Assembly: GCA_003427395.1 (NCBI GenBank)
Contig: BFEA01000004.1
Location: forward strand, 8,975,656 to 9,036,196
Source of the DNA: Chara braunii
Lineage: Eukaryota; Plantae; Charophyceae
Direction of reading: 5' to 3'
DNA: 60,541 bases
In this document: positions 1-12,598 of the stretch, in pieces
Position numbering within the stretch: the stretch's first letter is position 1
How the letters are laid out: each line of letters starts with the position of its first letter
The notes under the pieces: generated by a model
The model's database searches: none
What the model saw: only the letters and a program-made list of their open reading frames with translations
What the model was told of the DNA's origin: nothing
Position numbers and translations under genes: made by a program

Positions 1-257
1 AACTCTCAGTCAGTCTAGATGCAGTGACAATGACTGCACATTCTATTATAGTTCTATCAGAGCAACTTTCAGTCTAATAGATGTGGCGATCAAGACCGCA
101 CCACATTCTGCATAACAGCTATCTTTACATAGCAAACTTAGAAAAGTGCATTAGCAGTGAAGACGGGGTTGGCCTTCCATACCCTCCCGCGAAGCCGCAG
201 TGGGCAGCTAGCTAGTGCACTACTAATCAGTATGGAAGGCCGGGCACAACTGAGTAT

Positions 258-422
258 CCGTCTTCTCCCGCATAAAACATGCAGTCGATGTTGCTGCACC
301 TAGACAGAAGGCTGCTCTAAATACAACTATAATAGATCGTGCAGTTATTGTTGCTGAATCTAGACTGAAAGCCGCTCTAAATACAACTACAATGACCGTA
401 CGCTCTATTTGGGGGAAGACGG
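258..422. mobile_element. Diverged copy of the TA-flanked MITE family
   Basis: ccgtcttctcccgcata ... tatttgggggaagacgg-ta, with an internal ~60-bp duplication. Confidence 0.6.
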
Positions 423-1184
423 TAGTTCAGCATCTTGTTTCTACAGATATGCCCAACGATGGGCAAAGCAAGAAATAAGCCCCCCCCCCTCAAACAGCCT
501 TTCAGAGTCCCACCCACGGTTCACACTCTCTCAGCCCGGCCACATGGATCTTGCTCGACGACACCAATCTATCCCCATCCACCTGTAAGCATACCCCCTT
601 CCCCCGCCCCCTCCAGTAGTACAAATCCAGAAGTGGCATGTGTACGAAGCTGGACGCCCTACTACTGGCTAATGCACCCTGTGCCCCTACCCATCCATGT
701 GCTCCGAAAGGCACAAACCACCGGACGCTAACCTGCGTGTTGGATGTGCAGACTGCCTTGTCCGCGCTCCGCCGCTGCCTTCCTGCCCGTCCCGCTTGCG
801 TCCCATGTCGTTTGCAAGCTGCTGTGTTCACGGTGTGGTGTGGCTGTGTTGTCGGTGTTGACTTCTGCTCCACTGCTCTGCTGCCTTGCCCGCATATCCG
901 CATGCCTTGCCTTCCGCGTTCCGTGTTCTTTGCTTGTGTCCCATGCAGTTCAGCTGCTTGGTTGGTGTTGTCTTCTGCTTCGCTGCGCTGTTGCCGTGCT
1001 GCCCCTCCACCTGCCATGTCGTCCATTGCAGTTAGCTTTCCGGCGTTGTGCAGTTGGGTTGTTCCGACAGCATCGCCTTGTGCTTCGCTGTGTTGTTGCC
1101 TGCTGCTGTGTTTCGCTTGTGGACAGTCTGCCTTCAACAAAGGGTCAAGCAGTTCATGACCCAAATCATCAATACGGGGTTTCA

Positions 1185-1242
1185 ACAGATTCTTGAAGGG
1201 GTTTGGCCTCCTGACGAGTCGTTGCAACTCCGATGACACTGT
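1185..1242 (+). ncRNA. Degenerate type III hammerhead ribozyme motif (copy B)
   Basis: cagattcttg-aagg ggtttgg cctc-CTGACGA-gtcgt tgcaact ccgat-GACA-ctgt; GAAA mutated. Confidence 0.55.
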
Positions 1243-1884
1243 GGCTCGCTGTATTGGTGCCTCACTGCCTCACTGCTCGTCCCTGTGCCCTGTCCTTCCC
1301 TGCAGTTCGCTTGTGTGCCACGTTGACTGACCACTGTTCAAGTGCGTCTCTGTGGTTCACCGTGCCGTTGCTTTGCTCGGCCCACTTGCTCGATCCACAA
1401 CTGGACCAACAGTTTCGAATTGACTCTGCTCGGTCCAATTGTCGTTCCATGCGTCAGACTATTTTAAGTTTTCGGAATGCTCTGCAAGCTTTCACCGTAT
1501 GGATTTCCGGATATTTCAACAACTTCGTGCATGGGTCTTTCGTAGACACCCTACCTGGGGTCGACAAAGAATCAAGCATAAGTACTGAGAATCAAACTTG
1601 GCTTGGTTTTCATTTGACGCTGCTCGGTCCAATTGCCGTTCCATGCAGTTCGCATTGACGCTGCTTGGTCCACAATCGGAGCGACAATTGCTCGATCCAC
1701 AATTGCTCGGTTCCATGCGGTTCCACGGAACGACAGCACAAGTGGACAAAGCAGTTGGGTTGTAGTGTTGCCTGGCGCTGCACTGAGTTGTGTCCTCCGC
1801 TTGTGATGTTGCTTGTGGGCCATCCGCTTTCAACGAGGGTTAAAAGAGTCGACGACTTAAAGCATCAATATATGGAGATTTCGT

Positions 1885-1935
1885 GAGATTGTCGAGGATT
1901 CAGGCTCCTGACGAGTTGGAGCAAGTCCTACAATC
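1885..1935 (+). ncRNA. Degenerate type III hammerhead ribozyme motif (copy A)
   Basis: agatt-GTC-gagg attcag gctc-CTGACGA-gttgg agcaagt cctac-[GAAAC deleted]-aatc. Confidence 0.6.
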
Positions 1936-3575
1936 GATCATGATCAGTTGGTTTTGATTTGTTTTGTGTTTTCAAATCTTTTTTTTTTTTTTTTTGCTCT
2001 TGGTTCGTGTTGGTACTTGTTTCTTTTCCTGTATGCTGATTTTTGCCTTGGTTGAGTTTCTGTTGCTCGCTGCCTTTTCCTTCGCTGCATTGTGCTGTNN
2101 NNNNNNNNNNNNNNNNNNNNNNNNNNNNNNNNNNNNNNNNNNNNNNNNNNNNNNNNNNNNNNNNNNNNNNNNNNNNNNNNNNNNNNNNNNNNNNNNNNNN
2201 NNNNNNNNNNNNNNNNNNNNNNNNNNNNNNNNNNNNNNNNNNNNNNNNNNNNNNNNNNNNNNNNNNNNNNNNNNNNNNNNNNNNNNNNNNNNNNNNNNNN
2301 NNNNNNNNNNNNNNNNNNNNNNNNNNNNNNNNNNNNNNNNNNNNNNNNNNNNNNNNNNNNNNNNNNNNNNNNNNNNNNNNNNNNNNNNNNNNNNNNNNNN
2401 NNNNNNNNNNNNNNNNNNNNNNNNNNNNNNNNNNNNNNNNNNNNNNNNNNNNNNNNNNNNNNNNNNNNNNNNNNNNNNNNNNNNNNNNNNNNNNNNNNNN
2501 NNNNNNNNNNNNNNNNNNNNNNNNNNNNNNNNNNNNNNNNNNNNNNNNNNNNNNNNNNNNNNNNNNNNNNNNNNNNNNNNNNNNNNNNNNNNNNNNNNNN
2601 NNNNNNNNNNNNNNNNNNNNNNNNNNNNNNNNNNNNNNNNNNNNNNNNNNNNNNNNNNNNNNNNNNNNNNNNNNNNNNNNNNNNNNNNNNNNNNNNNNNN
2701 NNNNNNNNNNNNNNNNNNNNNNNNNNNNNNNNNNNNNNNNNNNNNNNNNNNNNNNNNNNNNNNNNNNNNNNNNNNNNNNNNNNNNNNNNNNNNNNNNNNN
2801 NNNNNNNNNNNNNNNNNNNNNNNNNNNNNNNNNNNNNNNNNNNNNNNNNNNNNNNNNNNNNNNNNNNNNNNNNNNNNNNNNNNNNNNNNNNNNNNNNNNN
2901 NNNNNNNNNNNNNNNNNNNNNNNNNNNNNNNNNNNNNNNNNNNNNNNNNNNNNNNNNNNNNNNNNNNNNNNNNNNNNNNNNNNNNNNNNNNNNNNNNNNN
3001 NNNNNCCCCCCCCCCCCCCCCCCCACACACACACACATGCACAGAGCCACACACGCTCCCGGTGAAAAAGCACGCTCCACAGATTCCCATCTTTTTCGTC
3101 AGTAGAAAGGGACAAACCCATAGTGCTCCAAGAAAGAGTGGCAAGTGTGGGCTGAGGTTTAAAGTTTGTTGCTGCTTCATGCTGAGACCTCCTGAATTTG
3201 GAATCATCGCACACAGTTTCACAACCGGCGCGCAGCATTCATATGCATCCACAGAGTTCAGTCCGTTCACATTACGATGATGGTTCAAAGCAGGTCACCT
3301 GAATCGGAAAAAAAAAAACAAAAAAAAAAAACACATGACTGCGCAAAGAATCACTGGGAGAATATCAATGTCAAGTCATGTCTGACAAAATGCTGGTCCT
3401 ACATGAAACAGCATCAATTCAAGCTTTACATCATCACCTTTAATTCAAAGCATTTTGCTAGGAAGTCGAGATACATACCATACACGTACATAACGTCCAA
3501 CGGAACTTCCTGGTAAACCATAAGCAGAGAGGGAGAAGAGGACAGAGAGAGAGAAGAGGACAACGAGCGAGGGGC

Positions 3576-3622
3576 TGTCACAGATAGTTCCATCGGATTT
3601 TCACCGACTCATCAGGAGGCTG
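3576..3622 (-). ncRNA. Partial hammerhead motif (copy C)
   Basis: cagcctc-CTGATGA-gtcgg tgaaaat ccgat-GGAA-ctatctgt; 5' strands of stems I and III missing. Confidence 0.6.
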
Positions 3623-3865
3623 TATTGCACAGCTATTTAGAATGCTAGATAGATATTGCACCGTCCTTTGCACATCAATATACTGTCTTGAAAAGGAAGA
3701 CAGAAAAGTATTTTGAGGAGGAGATGAAGAAGGCTGGACTCTTTTCTCGTGATCGTCAAGAACCAGTTGTTAAGTCCCACGAGAGCCGGGCTGGCCAACG
3801 GGCTTGACGCTTGGGTTGCTAGCTTGCTTCCTTCATACTGAAAAGCGAACACATGCTCAAGGAAA

Positions 3866-4850
3866 ACGAGCGATAGCGAAATGACAGAAATCCAGAATGC
3901 AAAACCGCATTGAAAGCCAGAAAGTCCAACGCTGTCCAGAAAGCAGAAATGCGCTGATACTACACCAACAGAGAACCAAATCACCGAATCCGAAAGTCAA
4001 TGAGAGCATACTCTCACGACCACCAACATATGTACCCAGAGCCCTTCCTCCTACATGGGGCTCAGCGCCCAGACTGCAATCACACAGCTACTACCAGCCT
4101 ACGAATTCACAATGCAACCTGTTGATGTCAGCAGCAACAACCGAAGTACATGAAGATGTTGACCCTGTGGACCATCGCCAAGACCAGGTAAGTGCCCTCA
4201 CATCATCATCCTCATCTCTCTTTCTCTCTTCCTCGTCTTCTCTACCCACATCTTCTCCCCATACACGAAGACCACCACCACCACTGCTGGCTGTCCAAGC
4301 CAAGCCGTGGCTATGTAGGGCTGGCTATGGCGCTGCCCTCAGCAGCGCCCTGCCTTCTACCAGCGCCCGCGCGCACTGCCTGGCATCTAGCGCTAGCGCA
4401 CAGCGCACAGCCTGCGAGTGCACGCTGCAGCAGCGCTGCCAAATGTACAGCCTAGTGCCCGAATATCCCCACCAGTGGCGAGCTCTTTCCTTTCCGGAAA
4501 GTGCTCGCCCAGTTTACTGTCTGACTGGGCCTCGTGTGTTTCCAGTAGCTTCCGATTGGGCCAAAGTGTCTGTGCCCAGGCCCATTCAGACAGTAGCCTG
4601 GGACCGAAAAGTGGTCAGGCCTGCCCAACCACCCAGGAGTAAACGTGAGGTTCTCCCTGCTTCGCCTGTGCTGCTGGAAGAGCCTAGAAGGCTCACAAAT
4701 CATTTCGGATTCTCACAAATATGGAGGATGTAACCAACTGGCACATGGCAACTGTCTGGCGCCCACCAAACATTGCCAAAATTAACTAACTCAGGCCATA
4801 TTGAAATTCAGGGGCCCGCCTTCACTTAGGGCGGGCTCATGCTTGCTGAA
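3866..4850. repeat. Dispersed repeat, probably LTR-derived; second copy at ~28435-29400
   Basis: About 0.95 kb of colinear direct similarity between the two loci. Confidence 0.8.
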
Positions 4851-5157
4851 ACGGCCCTACAGGGGCCTGCTGAGGAGCTAACTCGTAACATGGCCTCGTC
4901 GAAGATCCATGCCCATATGCGGTTTCCAACAGGGTCTGCTTGGGCCCCTCAGCCTTGTCTCATATCCTTATAAACAGGCATTGGCAAAAAATTGCAAGCC
5001 CGCCTTCACTTGGGTCGGGCACAGCACTTTCAGACACTGCCAACAGTCTAAATCCTCACACATGTTTAACCTGAGCTAAACCATCTTAAAACGATCACTT
5101 GTACCTTTACATCGTTATAAGCAACAACTTCTCACAATACCAAAAGAACAAATTTGA

Positions 5158-6160
5158 TGCATTGAGCCTCACTGCTCGTCACCTTGACCACACACACAAA
5201 ATGAGAGATCACACGAAGTCCACACTGGAGACCAGACATGCAAAGTCCAGATAAGCGCTGCTTAGGATTTCCAACAAATTATCATATAAGCACTTACAGA
5301 GTTCCAGTCACCAGCACTCATCAGAGGAGAGTTCAGCCAACCTCATCCAAGGTAGGTGACTTTCTTCTCTCTGTGTCCCCCTCTCTCTCTCTCTCTTTGT
5401 CTTCTTCATGGATGCGCTCACTCTCTTGCGCTCACTATCTCCCTCTACTCTCTCTCCCTCTCTCTCTCTACTTTAGGATCTTGACTCTGAATACATCCGC
5501 TATCTCCTGGCTTTATCTCCTACCTCTCGCTATGCGGCTATGGCCACCTCCCTTCCTTAACGCAGAGCTGCCCAGCAGGGCTTTCGCGCATGCTATTCGC
5601 AGATAGCGCACAAGCGCTTCAGCAGCACTTCCACACTTCTCACGAATGAGCAGTCTCCCTGAAATGCGGCTGGCCAGTCCTTATGTCGACTTGGACAGAG
5701 CCTGAACTCGTCCCAGTCTCTGCTTCCTTGGATTGACCTGGCCTCGGTACCACATTCCCATGGCCTGCTTATTTCAGAATATCAAGGCCTGGTACTTTCT
5801 CGAATTTTCATTGGCTGCTTGGGTCTGTGAGTCATGACTTTTCACCTGTGGAACATGACTTTTGACTGTGGGATGTGACTCTTGCCTCTGGGACACAACT
5901 TTTGCCTGGAGAACCGTCCTTTGCCTGTGGAATATGACCTGTCAATATGCGACGTGACTTTTGCTTATAGAATGCCACTTTTGCCTTTGGGATGTGACTG
6001 TTTGACGGGTGCCTGTTGGACTTGACTGCTGACGCACCCGGCTGTGCGCTTTCTTAACTCGCCAACTTGGCTTCTCTTGGCCTGCGCCTTTGACCCTGGA
6101 ATTCAAATTTGGGGTCTGCATCGTGGAATGCCTTTCACTCTCGCCGGCCTAATTTCGAGG
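5158..6160 (-). repeat. 3' LTR of minus-strand gypsy copy (missing its first ~200 bp; has an extra ~370 bp block with ~20-bp subrepeats)
   Basis: tgcattgagcctcactgc... shared with 14449 onward; lies just downstream of the chromodomain stop. Confidence 0.8.
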
Positions 6161-6182
6161 TCCTTTGAGAAAGTTACAATCT

Positions 6183-6438
6183 TTATCTATCAACTATGTC
6201 GATTCCTCTACTAGCTCTCTCATAGCAAGACACTATGTGCGGTGCTGTCTCAGCCAGCTCATCTCTAGCAAACCAGCGATCTTCCGAAGGCCCTTGATAA
6301 GCAAATCTAACTTAATATTGTCGCTGGGGTCTACCCCTGAGCACCGGTCTATAAACATCCTCTGCAACGATGTGGTCCACGCCATATTTGCCATCCATTT
6401 CTGGAGGAATCATAGATCAATGAGACGGAAACAACTCG
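6183..6438 (-). pseudogene. Integrase C-terminal chromodomain remnant
   Basis: Translates to ...GKYGVDHIVAEDVYRPVLRGRPQRQY*VRFAYQGPSEDRWFARDELAETAPHIVSCYE..., a chromodomain pattern with internal stops. Confidence 0.8.
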
Positions 6439-6598
6439 TTGAGCCTCACTGCTCCTCACCTTGAGCACACACACACAATGAGAGATCACACGAAGTCCAC
6501 ACCGGAGACCATTGATGCAAAGTCCAGATAAGTGCAGCTTAGGAATTCAAGTGTGGACTTCGTGTGATCTCTTATAGTGTGCATGTGCTCAATGCAAT

Positions 6599-6610
6599 TG
6601 GTATCAGAGC
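6599..6610 (+). promoter_or_regulatory. Primer binding site (tRNA-iMet), TGGTATCAGAGC
   Basis: Exact canonical plant PBS, following a short LTR 3'-end remnant (6551-6596). Confidence 0.9.
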
Positions 6611-7449
6611 CAATACTCGCTGCATCCGCTGGTGATGAACGCTGGCAAGATTAAGGCCGGAGAGAGGAGGTTGGGAGTTTGACATAGGGCTGCTGGCTGA
6701 GGAAGTGGCCAGATTGGGGGATGGTGATTATGTACATGCAGGCGAGGAGCGTCGAAGAGCTTCATCGAGCGAACGTTCACAAGGGAAGTGCATCACCTCC
6801 CTAAGCCTTGCATTTGCTTTGATGAATGCACGAGTGTCAAGGTACCTTCCCACATCTTGGTGTCGCTGTTGTTGGACAAAAACACTCGATGACGTACCTG
6901 AATTTTGTTTGAGTCAGCATCTGGTCAGACACATGTGCATGAAGTAGGTTGTGTCTATCACCCGAAAAGTAGGAAACATGGGCATGCGCGGTGAGCGCTC
7001 GTAAAACAACTCGTCTAGCCCTAAGACCAGTACTGACCGGCATGCGACCAAACCGGTGCTGACGCAGTAAGGAGCTGTAAGTCTTGAGAGCGAGCCTTCA
7101 AATCCTGGTGGGCACAACGTCCTGTCTGCATCGTTAAATAATTCTTGAGGTCCTTGTTGGTTGACCTTAAGCTGTTGGCTGCCCACCAGCCTGACAGGGT
7201 AGCTGTAGTGACACCGTGGGGAGCGAAGAACTCAGATAGGTTTGATCCAATCCAAGTGGTGAGGGTGAGGTCTACATGGTGAGGAGGTGGAACCTACTTA
7301 CCTGTGCCTTAGCAACCATGAATGACTACCCGATGTTCGCAATGTTGACTCTGTCTGTGTTATGGGGTCCCCTTCTTCGATTTCTGTTTGGGATTCCATC
7401 GTACATGCGGCATGAGTGTGACCATGAGGTTTGGTGGGACCACACAGCC

Positions 7450-10200
7450 ATATACAACAGAATAACAAGTTGATAATGACAGAAAGTTGGCTGAGAAGAA
7501 GAAAGAGAAAGAAAAAAGGAAGAAAAAAAAAAAGGGGGAAGTTAAAAAGAATTGGAGGAGGAAAAATAACAAAGAGAGAAAGAGATGCAGAAGAAAGAAA
7601 AAGCGTTGAAGGAGTTAAAGTTGAAGAAAAAGAGGGAGGAGGAGGAGGAGGAGGATTGGTGAGAAGTAAAGTCCAACCAGAAGGAGAGGAGGTGGCGGAG
7701 AGCAGTCATGCTGCAAAGTTGAGACTCCATCAGGTTGAGGACTTGGACTGGGTGGGGAAATTTGGGTGTCGGACAGAGCTTCCGGAAGAAACTGATTAAG
7801 AGAGAGATTGATTTGTGACGAAGTTGGCAGCAACTAAGAATCATGAGGAAAAGAATTTGTTGATCGAGGAGAAGACGAGTGAACTCAACCAAAAGTTATT
7901 ATCCACGAAAAGAAAAAATTTTGATGAGAAGAAAAGGTTGCAGAAGGGGCGAGACTCTAGGAATTGTTGGAGTAGAAATTGAAACACGTGGAAACTAAGA
8001 AACGCTAGAACCTTCTTACGGACACTTTACTGCATACCAGCCAGGAACTCTCTGCACTTCAGCGAGTCGTTAGGAAGATTGAACGACACCAAAAGGAGTT
8101 CGAGGGAACCTGGAACAACTTCCTTAGTGCGTCATCCAGCCAAGTGGACCATAGGGTCCTACAATATGCACGACAACTAGAAGATATCTTCACTCAAAAA
8201 TTGACTAGCACCACCGCTGCAATTAAGATAGGTGGCGATGGGGGGGAGGGGGGGTGGAGATGGTGTCGATGATAGGGATGATGACAAGAAAGGGAAAGGT
8301 CCCATAAATGATGGAGAAAAGAAAGGTGAGGAAGGCATGTTTGAGGGAGGAAAACGAAGTGAGAAGATGAAGGTAAACCTTCCTTGGACATATACTCGAA
8401 AGGAGAACATTTTCCATTGGGAGGTGGCGATGGACATGTACCTATACGCGCAGTCGATTTCGTATTGGGACCGCGTACTGAAGACAAGTTCGTGCGTGGG
8501 GGTAAACGCAACAAGGTTCGCTATCTGGTTGCGGAAAGAGACCGGATGCACCTTGATGGTGTAATACTCACAACGCACTAGGATTGAGGACTTCTTCAAG
8601 GCCTTAAAAAAACTGCTTCGAGAATAAGAACTTTGCTCGTCATACTGAGTCCCTCATCCTTAACATTGAGGATTGCAAGTGGAAGAGTGCGTCGACAATC
8701 AAAGCCATTATGGATGAGCTGCTGCACTGTCCGAAACATGGATTAACCCCCGTTAGGACTTTCAATAACTTCGCTAGAGCGTTGCCTGAACCACTTGTTT
8801 AACCACCAGTACCTCCGAGCCTGTTTTTGTCGACCCTGATTTTCACTGCGCTCCGAGTTTTGCCGAGCCTGGGTCCCACTCCATTTTTTTATGGTACTCT
8901 CACGAAAAGAACAACAAAAAAAAAAAAACAAGAAAAGTTGCGGCCGTGAAAACTCACAAAACAAGAAAACGAAACAAAGCTCTGGGCGTGATTGCAATTG
9001 TATACATTCTTGGAAGTGTTAGTGTGAGTGTGCCCTCAGTGAGGGCATCTCAACCCCGTGGCCAGGTTGTCAGATTCCAAAAACTCAAAAAAAAAAAAAA
9101 AGACAGGAACACGGATTCGACTGTGAAAATGGCAAGATACATTCCCGTAAGTGCCAGTGTGATCAGAGTTACAATCCTCTGAGGAGCAGATCACGGATTC
9201 AAATTGTCAGATTCCAAAAAAAAAAAACAAGAAAAAAAAACGGAAACATGGATTCGGCCTTGGAAACGGCTGGATACATCAGGGCTACAATCATCTGAGG
9301 AAACACAGCTAGAGCAGATCGCGGATTCCGCCCTGCCTCGTTGGCAGGGGACATATAACAAACCAAAGAGAAATAAAAAAAAGAAAACAAGTTTCGAAAT
9401 GTGATCGTTTTTGTTGTAAGATGCATTCAAAACTGTGAGCACGACCTCCTAGACTACCCTGTCCGACATCATTGCAGTACAAAGGCCTTTTATTTTTTCC
9501 TTTCCTTACATGCACGGGCAAAAGAAAACTACGATTTTTGGGATATTGCCGACCCTGTGTCCGACCCCCGAAAACTTCGGGTACTGGCCAGGACATCGTA
9601 ATTTCCCAACACTGGCGAAGGTACTGGTGGGTTTAAGACCCAGTTATATCCCCATAGTAAAGAAAAGGGGATAACCTATGAAAAATTCAGCACGATAGCT
9701 ATAGAGGTAGTATAGACCATGCCGGGTTCTCACAAGAGGCAAATTATTGCCACTATTAAAAGGATTTGCAGACCGGTAAAAGAAGGAAGAATAGAACCCT
9801 ATCTGGTAGTATCCAGGGAAAGGACAGTCTCTTAGTCACCTTCGAAGGAAGTGTGGAGTCATTATCATATGACCAGATAGACTATGATCTAGATGAGGAT
9901 AACAACCAAGTAGCCCGAGGAGGGGACTATGCGGTAGTTGCAGCCCATGGTGAAGGACGACAAGGTAGAGGCCGAGGTAGAGGAAGCCGAGGACGAGGTG
10001 GAGGTTCTCCCTTCACTGGGGGAAGAGGAAGAGGTACGAACTGGCGGTCGTACCCAACACACCCGGGGATAGCTGCAGGCAAACCTTGGGAAGAGATCGG
10101 TATAGACGAGGATGTATGCGAAAACCGTCGTAAGGCCCACCAATATTTAAAAGTGGTGACCCCGACCACATAGATCCCTTCTGCCCATAATACAGATACC
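7450..10200 (+). pseudogene. Degenerate gag of plus-strand gypsy copy, split by a TTAA-flanked insertion
   Basis: Lys/Glu-rich N-terminus, KMKVNLPWTYTRKENIFHWEVAMDMYLYAQ, FARALPEPL/KTQLYP and GR-rich segments, located between PBS and pol; many stops and frameshifts. Confidence 0.65.
8803..9632. mobile_element. Non-autonomous TTAA-flanked TIR element inserted in gag
   Basis: TTAA-CCACCAGTACC ... GGTACTGGTGG(GT)-TTAA; the gag peptide resumes on the far side. Confidence 0.8.
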
Positions 10201-10499
10201 CAAAACAGAGCAGCCACTAGGGGTTGCAGTTACCTCTATGAGGACTTCGGACTCAGATAGGAAGATAGAAGCGTGCGCTGAAAAGGCACCCTCGTATCCG
10301 AAGATCCCAATACCAGAGATTGATGTAGGCCCCCACCTAGCTAGTTGTCCAGAGCTTGCTTGTGTTAGGACCTCTCTAGGTGGCTCCCTCGCACGCATTG
10401 GTGATGAGATGATCACTCGTCACCACACTTGGCTGAAATGAGCAAGAAGTCGAAGGGGCAACTAATAATAGCAGATATAGAAGTACGTAGAGAAAGGAT

Positions 10500-12598
10500 A
10501 GGCGCGTTGGTATAAGTTGATCGACGCACAGTTATATAAGTCGTAGAGGGTTGCAGAAGATGCCCCTAGAAATAAAGGTGAAGAAGCTCGATGAGCCGAT
10601 CATTAACAAGTTGACCAAAACAAAGAGATGGTAGTATGTGAGTATGTTAAAGGGATCAAGGCATACTTCCAATTGGAGGCAGGGGGTAAGGTGAAAAAAG
10701 GTTTGCACTCCCTGACACTTTTAGTGAAGGATAACCTTCCTTCTGACATGGTTTTAGGAACTGATTGGGGCAACGCCGCGTATGTTGATATTAAAATGGG
10801 CAACCGCGAGTGTCGACAACCCAGTCCCACAAGTGGGAAGAAAAAGTTACGTTTGTTCCATGCATCCTGCGTAGAGCATAGGTTGTCCCTTTGTTGTACG
10901 AGTGCCCCCTGTTCACCATATGTGGTCCAGAATGACCTCGTTGAACCAATGATCGTCGCCTATGTGAGACCGGTTAGTGAGGGAAAGAAGGAAGAAGTGC
11001 ATATACCACCCAATATGCAAAGTCAGTTAGACGAGTTCACTGACATGGGAAAGGGCCCAAGTGGAGCAGTGGAAAGGGAAACCAAACACCTGATAGATAT
11101 AGATGTCGGTAGTAAGATCCCCAAGGGCTCCATCTATAGGATGTCTCCCAAAAAGCTTGATGAGTTGCGCAAACAATTGGACGAGTTAATAGAGGAAGGG
11201 TGAATTAAGCGCAAACAATTGGACGAGTTACTAGAGGAAGGGTGAATTAAGCTAAGTTCTTCACTGTATGGTGCGCCAGCCTTGTTTGTGCCGAAGAAAG
11301 AAGGCAATATGTGCATATGTATAGGCTATAGGGAACTCAATGTGGTTACCATAAAGAATGTAGAGACATTACCACAAATCGACGATCTCTTGGATATAGT
11401 GCAAGGTTGCAAATTTATCTCGAAGATAGACTTGAAATCTTGCTACCATGAAACCGAAGTATTGCCTGAACACCAACACAAAACGACCTTTAGAACTTGA
11501 TATGGCCACTACAAGTTTGTGGTCAAGCCGTTTGGGTTGATTAACGCCCCTGCTACTTTCCAGCATTGCATGAATGAACTCTCCCATGATTGGTTAGACA
11601 AGCTCGCCATTGTATATTTGTATGATATCGTGATTTTTAACAAATCGCTATAGGAAGACGAGCAGCACTTGCATTAATGTGAGAAGCTGAGTTTAAGTTG
11701 AACTCGATGAAGTGTAATTGGGCCAAGCGTCAAGTTTTGTATGTTCGTACGAAACTTTACTATAATAGCTGCTCCGTTGCGCAGGCTGTCGAGGAAAGAA
11801 AGTCTGGAAATGAGATAAAGACTATACTTCAGCCTTTTAAGTGTCTTAAGAAGTGCTTGATAGAATATCCGGTTCTTAAGATCGCCGATCCGTCCCTACT
11901 ATTTACAGTGACCATTGACGCCAGTCAATACGCAATAGGTGTCGTACTCTAGTAGAATGATGGCAATGGGTACAGACTTGTGGAGTCCCTATCATGTAGA
12001 CTGCCTAGTGAGAAAGTCTCCGCTTCTACGCATGAGAAGGAGTTGTTTGCCCTTAGAGAAGCCTTGAACTATTGGCAATATTATCTCCTAGGACGCCATT
12101 TCAAAGTTTATTCAGACCATGAATACATTTTAAATTTTATTCAAACCATGAACCACTTCATTGGCTAAAAACCCAAGCTAGAATGACACCTAAGTTGATA
12201 AGCTGGGCTGAGGAAATTGATCAGTTTGACTTTGAACTAAGCAAGTAAAAAAGAAGCATAATGTTGTTGTTGACGCACTAAGTAGGCAGACTGAGTTTTA
12301 TGGTACTATTGTGACGTACTTAGATGCAAGCATCGAGTCGCAAGAAAATATTCGGTCCCTCTATGTTCGTGATCCAGTCTATGGTCAGTTAATGAACAAG
12401 GTGCAGACGACACCTCACAAAGTTTCGGATCATAGAGTGGCCCAAGGACTACTGTTTGAGAAAATAGATGTGCACGGTAGACTATTCATACCAAATAGCG
12501 AGCAGATTCACAGTCTTATCCTAGGGGAATGCCACGAATCCGAGAGGCATTTCGGTTGGAGGAAGACTTGTGCTAACTTCCTACGTTCCTATACATGG
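10500..12598 (+). pseudogene. Degenerate pol (protease - RT - RNase H - start of integrase), Ty3/gypsy order
   Basis: DMVLGTDW; IYRMSPKKLDELRKQLDEL; LFVPKKEG; LPQIDDLLD; SKIDLKSCYH; PFGLINAPATFQ; catalytic YLDD mutated to YLYD; VTIDASQYAIGVVL; EKELFAL; FKVYSDHE; CHESERHFGWRKT. A 42-bp tandem duplication sits at 11167-11250; truncated at 12598. Confidence 0.92.

Noticed and set aside
502-1239. 245-aa minus ORF and overlapping Cys-rich plus ORFs
   Set aside because: Low-complexity GT-rich repeat sequence is open in several frames; it is better explained as the hammerhead-repeat spacer.
3897-4733. 278-aa ORF
   Set aside because: It lies in a dispersed repeat whose second copy (28435-29400) does not keep the frame.
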